Shown here piece by piece: positions 57,898 through 64,000 of a stretch of DNA of 64,000 bases. Under the pieces are notes generated by a model. The model made no database searches. It was not told the origin of the DNA and saw only the letters and a list, made by a program, of their open reading frames with translations. The position numbers and the translations under genes were made by a program. The DNA is from Corallochytrium limacisporum Hawaii. Its lineage: Eukaryota; Protista; Pluriformea. Numbering within the stretch: position 1 is the first letter of the stretch; every line of letters begins with the position of its first letter. The DNA is taken from the NCBI GenBank assembly GCA_002811645.1, contig PDIP01000110.1:1-64000 (forward strand), written 5' to 3'.

Positions 57898-59668
57898 ATG
57901 ACAAGCATAACCGGTACGGCTGAAGAGGTATTCTCTGCTTTGCAATTATGGCATTTGCAGCAGATTGCCATTCGTGATGGCAAAATCCAGGCCTTGCGAA
58001 AGCAGGTTCAGGATCAGAACAGTGAGATTGCGGTGTTGCAGGCCCAGCTACGTGACATCAAGGATCAACGGGACACTGCCATTCGAGCAGCAGAGCGAGC
58101 AAAGCGTAGCCAAGCCAGATACCGGGCATTCAAAGAAGCTGTCGTCAATGCTTTCCCAGATTCTAGTCGCAGTCCGTCACCGGAAGGTCGCGCTGGCAAT
58201 AGATCCACTAACAGCATGAGTAGCAGTGGCCGTTCACCACAGTCGAAGGTGAAACCGCAGGATCTTCCGCCGCCGCCTCCTCCAGCTGGTGCAGGGGATT
58301 CATTCTATGGGCGATCGGCCACTCCAATTCTCGGAGTGTCGGTCAGCGGTGGCGCCGCTGCTCTGAATTCGACCAGCAGCAGCGCTCGGAGGGTTTGGTC
58401 ATCACCAGCACCGCCGACCGTACCACCACCACCACCACCAGCAACCGTGACCGCAAGGGATGCGAGTTGGTCCATCGAATCTGGGCGAATGGACACATCA
58501 GGTGCCTCTCCCACGAGAGCGAAAGGTAAGTAACTGTTTCTGCACTTTGGGATCTATCGTCATATCTACCCCTCCAACAGGGCCTGTTTGCATTGGGGAA
58601 GAAATTTCATATACGGAACATTTTGTATTCAATCCCCAGTGGGTGAAATTGTGCTGGGGAGCGATTCGGAGAATCAAAGGTCGAAGGTACCTCTGACCTG
58701 TTTGAAGCGCTTTGCTTCACGCTAGCTGTCAGTGTTGATGTCTGGGGGATTGTGTACAACTGAGAGGTTTAACACAGTACATTACGCTGTGATAATTGGA
58801 AATGGAAACCAAACCTGTCCACAGTCCTTGCTCCCCCCCGCGGGGCCCCCGGAGGGGAGGGGAAGGGAGGGGGGGTAAGAGCACGGTACAAGGGATACGT
58901 GAGGTGACATACCTATACGCAGTCGGGACGGAGTAGGCGACGAACAAGACCCACCGCACCATATACATCCTTGGTATCTTTACCGCTTGGTCGGTACCAC
59001 ATGCCCGAAGTCTGCGTCTGGGTGTCTACGTGTGCCATTCCGAGACCGCAAGGAAATACCTGCCATCAACTGCCTGTGAGAGCTCGGTGCAAGTGAACGC
59101 AGCTCGCACGTAGTGAAATTTGACGAGCGATGGAGAATTGGGAGGAAGTCGAGAAAAAATAGGCCCGGGTGATGTGTCACACACACACAAACGAGTACGA
59201 CACACAACAACCAGACAACCCACCAGCATCAGCCCGCAGTACCTTCCGAATACTGTACTCCCGAGAGATCGATGTGGGGCATTCGATTGAAGGTGGCGGT
59301 TGCAAATTTGTGTGTGATGTCGAACCATCCGGTTGTTTTGCCTTTCAATTTGTAGCCGCTACGGTCCCCCTTACTTTTCCCTTGGCAAAGAGAGCTAAGA
59401 GATGTGGAACCGCGTGCCACACGGACCCACTGCTGCCAGGCATTTCACCACAGTCAGACTTCAGAGACCAATTCCGGACTAGGGAGAGAAAAGGGTCCCT
59501 TATCTCGTAGAGGACAAAAAGAGAAAGAAATGTGTGATGGGACGAAAAGCGTAGTTTTTCCCCAGCACATCTGTGAGTTCATATGTTGGTATGGTAGTGT
59601 CCGTGCGACATAGCATCCTGAGACGAGCTGAAGCATCTCTCGGTGGGTGACGACCATATCCACCCGGG

Positions 59669-59701
<33 letters not shown>

Positions 59702-61347
59702 GATTCACGAAAATCACTTTTGGGCGTGTGGATTGTGGGGTTACGAAAATCCATGGGAGCTCAAAACACACCGAGGCATAGGAAGTGCCCCACATGTGGC
59801 CCTTCATCCTTTGCTTCCTCTTTCCCTATTTATTGTTTTGTTTCCCCGTCCCTTCCACACCGCTACTGGATTGGCGGCCGTCCAGGGGTTTTTCTCCCTC
59901 TCCCCTTGCGAACCGGGCCAAAAGAATCCACTGTTGTCGCTTGGAGCCGAGGGAGAGAGGGGGTGTCACCCGGGCTTAGTGGAAAAATCACAGAAGGGCC
60001 ACGTCTGAGTAATTTGCTTTCGTATCTTTGACTTGGCGCTGACGCACGCAAGACCCGGGTTTTTGAACCTCCCACCGGTCCTCGGTTCAAGTTCGTTGCG
60101 GTGTTGGGCTGCGCGGAGGGGCACAGCTTGTATAGCAATGGGCATGAATTCCTCCGGTATACGGTATACTTGCCCTCAGGCACCCAGTTAAGGCGGACTC
60201 CAAGCACCAGAGAGATTGACTGATCGGCTTGGCGGCGCGGAATAGCGGCCGGGTGGGGAAGGGGGGGTATGGGGTTGGTTGGGTGGCAGTACTCTGACCA
60301 GACGGAACCGCCACACACATACAACGAGAGATGGAGCGGAGAGCGCACAAGGGACGACGAATAAGACGACTGACCGCGTTTCATCCATCGCTACTCTCGA
60401 AGTCTGGTGTGCATATGTTCCCCCACCCTTTTTTTTGTACCACGTCCGATTTAGATTTTTTTGTGCATTGTCAGTGTGTCTCCTCGTCCGGCCCTGCTCT
60501 CTTTGGGTGTGGGTAGGAGAGGATGAGGTGAGAGTTTCAGGCTTTTCAGTCCATAGCAGCAGCACCAGCGAAAAAGCAAGGAAGCTCCACACAAGAAAGA
60601 AAGGGCAGGGTGCAGCGCTCCCTTTCCCCCCCTCCCCTTCTCTTCTTCTTGTCCGGTCCCCCTCTGTCTCACTCGCCCCTGCAAGTGCGAGAAACCGCCA
60701 ATACTGAAATTATGGAAATTGGCGAGTGAATTTTTCTCTCGCTCTTGTCTGTCGTGTCTATCCCGGCCTGTGTATCCCGGGGAGGGAGGAAGGGGCTGCT
60801 AGGACAGAGCGGTTCAGAGCCGGCGGTCTAATAGGTCCTATTTGCGATGTGCGGTAATTGATGTATTGATGATAGGTCTCTTTATTCTTTTCTCGCGAAT
60901 TCTGATATCTAACTAGTTGTAATCTTCGAATCTTTTTTATATATTTACAAGGAATGAAACGTGCATCGTTCGAACCGAAAGAATTCTTCAGGTCGGCCCA
61001 CTCGGTGCTGTCTAAGGAAAAGGTAAGTTTTTTCCAATTACTCGTGCTGGACAGGAATACTGGGAAAGGGGGAAGCAAGGGAGCGTCTTTATGGTGAATC
61101 CATTGTTTTCACACTCTCACGAACATGAGATTTCAGGAAGGATTTGCTAACTTATGTATGTTTTTATTATCTTTACAACTAAATCTTACAGTGGGAACAA
61201 CTTTTGTCCATCATTAAGCAGCTTAATCACAACAAAATCAGTGGAGATGAGGCGATCGAGGAAGCAGCACTACTTTTTGGACCAGATGACAAGGAGCTCG
61301 TGATCGACTTCTCCGTCCTCGTCGAACAACGCAAACAAACTGTGTGA
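57898..61347 (+). CDS. three-exon At4g15545/NAIP-like protein, join(57898..58525,60952..61022,61192..61347), 284 aa
   Basis: Coiled coil ending ARYRAFKEAVVNAF, Pro/Ser linker, then the spliced C-terminal domain FEPKEFFRSAHSVLSKEK|WEQLLSIIKQLNHNKISGDEAIEEAALLFGPDDKELVIDFSVLV. Both donors are AG|GTAAGT, both branch points CTAAC, and the intron phases (1 and 0) keep the frame. Confidence 0.85.
58526..60951 (+). other. spliceosomal intron 1 (2426 bp, phase 1)
   Basis: GTAAGT at 58526; CTAAC at 60909-60913; T-rich tract; AAG acceptor ending at 60951. Confidence 0.78.
61023..61191 (+). other. spliceosomal intron 2 (169 bp, phase 0)
   Basis: GTAAGT at 61023; TGCTAAC at 61145-61151; TTACAG acceptor ending at 61191. 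Confidence 0.9.
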
Positions 61348-61503
61348 AACTGAAACAGGACATTCAATAACAATGACAACGCGCGTATAAGTCATGCAAA
61401 GCGAGTGTTTTGTTTATGTGTTTTGGTAAAATGATGTTACTACAGATGCGGTTCTTTTCAAATAATTTGCTATGTGGACAAGATTAGTAGAAAGACTTCG
61501 AGT

Positions 61504-62562
61504 TCATGATTGTCCACTAAGTTTCCGCCGCTTAGAGCGTCCAGAGTTGTCACTACCCTGAGAAGCCTTGTCCTCTTCTTCCTCGTCGTGGTCTTCGTTC
61601 TCGTTCTTTTCGGGAGTGCCTTCGGCGCTGTCATCCTTGGCCTTTGACTTCTCACGCTCGCGTTTCCGGCGTGCCTGTTCGCGCTTCTTGTCGCCCAGGG
61701 TACGTTTCAGCAAGTCTTCTAGACCACGAGTAGTGTCGGTCTGTTTCTGCTTTTCACGTTCTGCCTCAGCAATCTTGCGCTTACAGGTTTCCTGCAGAAG
61801 CTCCATCTGCTTCTTTGACTCCTCCAGCAAATTGGTAAGTTCTTCAATGGTGTCCTTTGCTGATGTGTCCTCGTCGTCTAGCGAGTTCTTCTTGTCCAAT
61901 TGTTCCTGCAGTGAGGAAATGGTAACTTCATAAAGTTTCATCTTGTCTTTTTGGGTTTCATTCTTTTCTTCGCTGTAAGTCAGGTCCTCTTCGACTCGAG
62001 CCAATTCCTTTTCCAAGCGCTTAACAGTCTTGAGGGCTCGACGCGTTTCGTCTTCGCGCTTGTCGCGTTCTCTCTCGACGTTGGCAATGTCCTCAGCGGA
62101 ACTCTTGTATTGCCTTTCAATGGCCAAAAAGTTTTGAGTAGTATGTTCAAGCCGCATACGGAGGTCATTTACCTCACGACTATGTTCATTCTTCATGACC
62201 TCAATGTCTTGCTGCAGGCGATTGATAACCGCCTCCAATTCTTCTTCACGTTCACTGTTGCCCTTTTGCATGGGCGGAGGTGGTGGTGGACCACGGTTTG
62301 GATCGTAACCGTGACCAGGCGGTGGAGCAGAGTAGCGGTAGTCCTGCTCGTTCTTGCCGTAGGAGCCCTGGGGTGGAGGAGGACCCTGGGGTGGAGCACC
62401 GTAGTGGTGCGGTGGAGGCATGTAGTGAGCAGGAGGAGGATGGCCCTTGTCACCATGGTCTCCGTGCTGAGGTGGAGGTCCCCAATAGCCACTGCCGTGG
62501 GGTCCTGGGCCACCATGAGGTCTCATCATATTTGGTGGCGAGTGGCGGTAGTCCATTGCCAT
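61504..62562 (-). CDS. uncharacterised protein: Pro/Gly/His/Tyr low-complexity N-terminus, long coiled coil, acidic/basic tail with NLS-like KRRK
   Basis: 352-aa clean ORF with coding-like composition; no recognisable family motif. Confidence 0.8.
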   Translation of the reverse strand: MAMDYRHSPPNMMRPHGGPGPHGSGYWGPPPQHGDHGDKGHPPPAHYMPPPHHYGAPPQGPPPPQGSYGKNEQDYRYSAPPPGHGYDPNRGPPPPPPMQKGNSEREEELEAVINRLQQDIEVMKNEHSREVNDLRMRLEHTTQNFLAIERQYKSSAEDIANVERERDKREDETRRALKTVKRLEKELARVEEDLTYSEEKNETQKDKMKLYEVTISSLQEQLDKKNSLDDEDTSAKDTIEELTNLLEESKKQMELLQETCKRKIAEAEREKQKQTDTTRGLEDLLKRTLGDKKREQARRKREREKSKAKDDSAEGTPEKNENEDHDEEEEDKASQGSDNSGRSKRRKLSGQS

Positions 62563-63051
62563 TTGGCAGTACGTAGGTTAGTTGGTCTTTCTTGGTGGAG
62601 TGCTTAAGCCCCCACAAAAACTTTGCCTTTTGGTGGGCTTCTTGTAGCCTTTCAAAAGCCTACTGATTCTTTTCCAAGTCGGTAAAAGTACTTGGCAACA
62701 CTCAATGGCTCTCTCTGAATTCGTGAGTACTCTTAGATTCACTTTTCGCAGATTGTAAGCCAACCAACTGTGGTCTCACAGTTGATGCAATTACCTGGAA
62801 TTTAAGAAAAAATGAAATTCATGAATTCGAATACCTTTACTATTTACAATCTCTAGAGCAACTCTAAACTGCAGCTAAACACATCACAGATGTCACCAAA
62901 GCATTCCTGAGATCCTAAGCAATCGCGACACGTACTTTTTACAATCCAGACGCGACGTTTACGGTGCGCTGGTGTGGTCCTTCAAACGACCTTTTGTCTT
63001 TGCCAAAATGCTCCCCTCTGAGGGACTTGTGCCTCCCCTTCACTCCCCCCC

Positions 63052-63271
63052 NNNNNNNNNNNNNNNNNNNNNNNNNNNNNNNNNNNNNNNNNNNNNNNNN
63101 NNNNNNNNNNNNNNNNNNNNNNNNNNNNNNNNNNNNNNNNNNNNNNNNNNNNNNNNNNNNNNNNNNNNNNNNNNNNNNNNNNNNNNNNNNNNNNNNNNNN
63201 NNNNNNNNNNNNNNNNNNNNNNNNNNNNNNNNNNNNNNNNNNNNNNNNNNNNNNNNNNNNNNNNNNNNNNN
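63052..63271. other. assembly gap (N run)
   Basis: Run of N. Confidence 1.
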
Positions 63272-64000
63272 CCGATCTTCCCCCCGCGGCAGACTCCCTC
63301 CACCTTTACGGCCCTTGCCTCCCCCCCCCACTCTTCGTTTGCGGCCACCACTTTCGATTCTCCCGGCCTTTTCTCTCCCTGTGCTCTGCGCCTCCGCGAC
63401 CTCCACCCTTGGGTGCCATCTGCAGGTGTTTCTCTCAACGCGAAACTTTGGTTCGGACTTTTCCCTTCCCCCCCCCCTCCCCTCCCCTCTCCCGACTCAG
63501 TGCCAATGCCTCCCTTTTTTGTGTGTTTGCTGTCTCGTCCCCTCCTCTCCCCTCCCAGACTCCTCGCCCCCACCTCTCCCACCTCTCCTCATCCCTTTTT
63601 TTTCTACTCCTCGTCTCTTCCCTATGAACTCACTTTCTTGAAAAGCCGCCTACGGACCCCAGCGTCCCACCGCAACCCTGCTGCTGCTCCATCCACCCTC
63701 GTCGACACCTTGCCTTCCAATTTTTTTGCTTGCTCGCTGCTTTTCGCTCCCCAACATTTCTCCTCCCTCACGTTTTTCTGAGTCCTCTCCGTGTCTGTAT
63801 CAAATCGTGAACGTTGTCCACCATTCCTTCTCCCCTCTCCGAGCACAGTCAGTCAGGGCCGGGTAGCACAGAATAGAAGTATTTTTTTTCTTCCTGCAGC
63901 TGGAGTTGAAAATTCTTTTCTGGGGTATTTTTTTTACATTGTGTTTCGCGCAGTTCAGGCAGGGCAGATATATACACACACACTGTCTCCACACCGTAAC

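Noticed and set aside
1-64000. CRISPR arrays, rRNA/snRNA genes, transposase or reverse transcriptase ORFs, terminal repeats
   Set aside because: None recognised by eye. Small ncRNAs and degenerate elements cannot be excluded without covariance-model and repeat searches.

Overview
Eukaryotic nuclear DNA with three assembly gaps. The gene set (MED6, PDK, AMPK-beta, SKI3/TTC37, CRYZL1-like, Unc13-like, a DRC7 remnant) points to a unicellular opisthokont or holozoan. Near-total lack of introns would fit a Corallochytrium-like organism, but that is inference only. About 15 intact single-exon genes of up to 4.7 kb alternate with long microsatellite-rich spacers. Main observations not visible in the ORF track: (1) a decayed pseudogene of the motile-flagellum N-DRC subunit DRC7/CCDC135 (about 21990-23007; three frameshifts, one nonsense codon, an internal deletion, 5' part missing), plus a second probable decayed EF-hand gene (about 43930-44350); (2) a three-exon At4g15545/NAIP-like gene (57898-58525, 60952-61022, 61192-61347) with a 2426-bp intron, the only clearly spliced gene in the window; (3) a 40-aa Cys/His micro-protein; (4) an unusual FYR-DDT-WHIM-PHD-PHD-PWWP chromatin protein and a PHD-containing, RING-less SNF2 ATPase; (5) bacterial-looking enzymes (two tandem 568-aa GMC oxidoreductases, a tandem DsbA/HCCA-isomerase protein, an atypical adenylate kinase). 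All family assignments come from recognising motifs by eye; no search was run.
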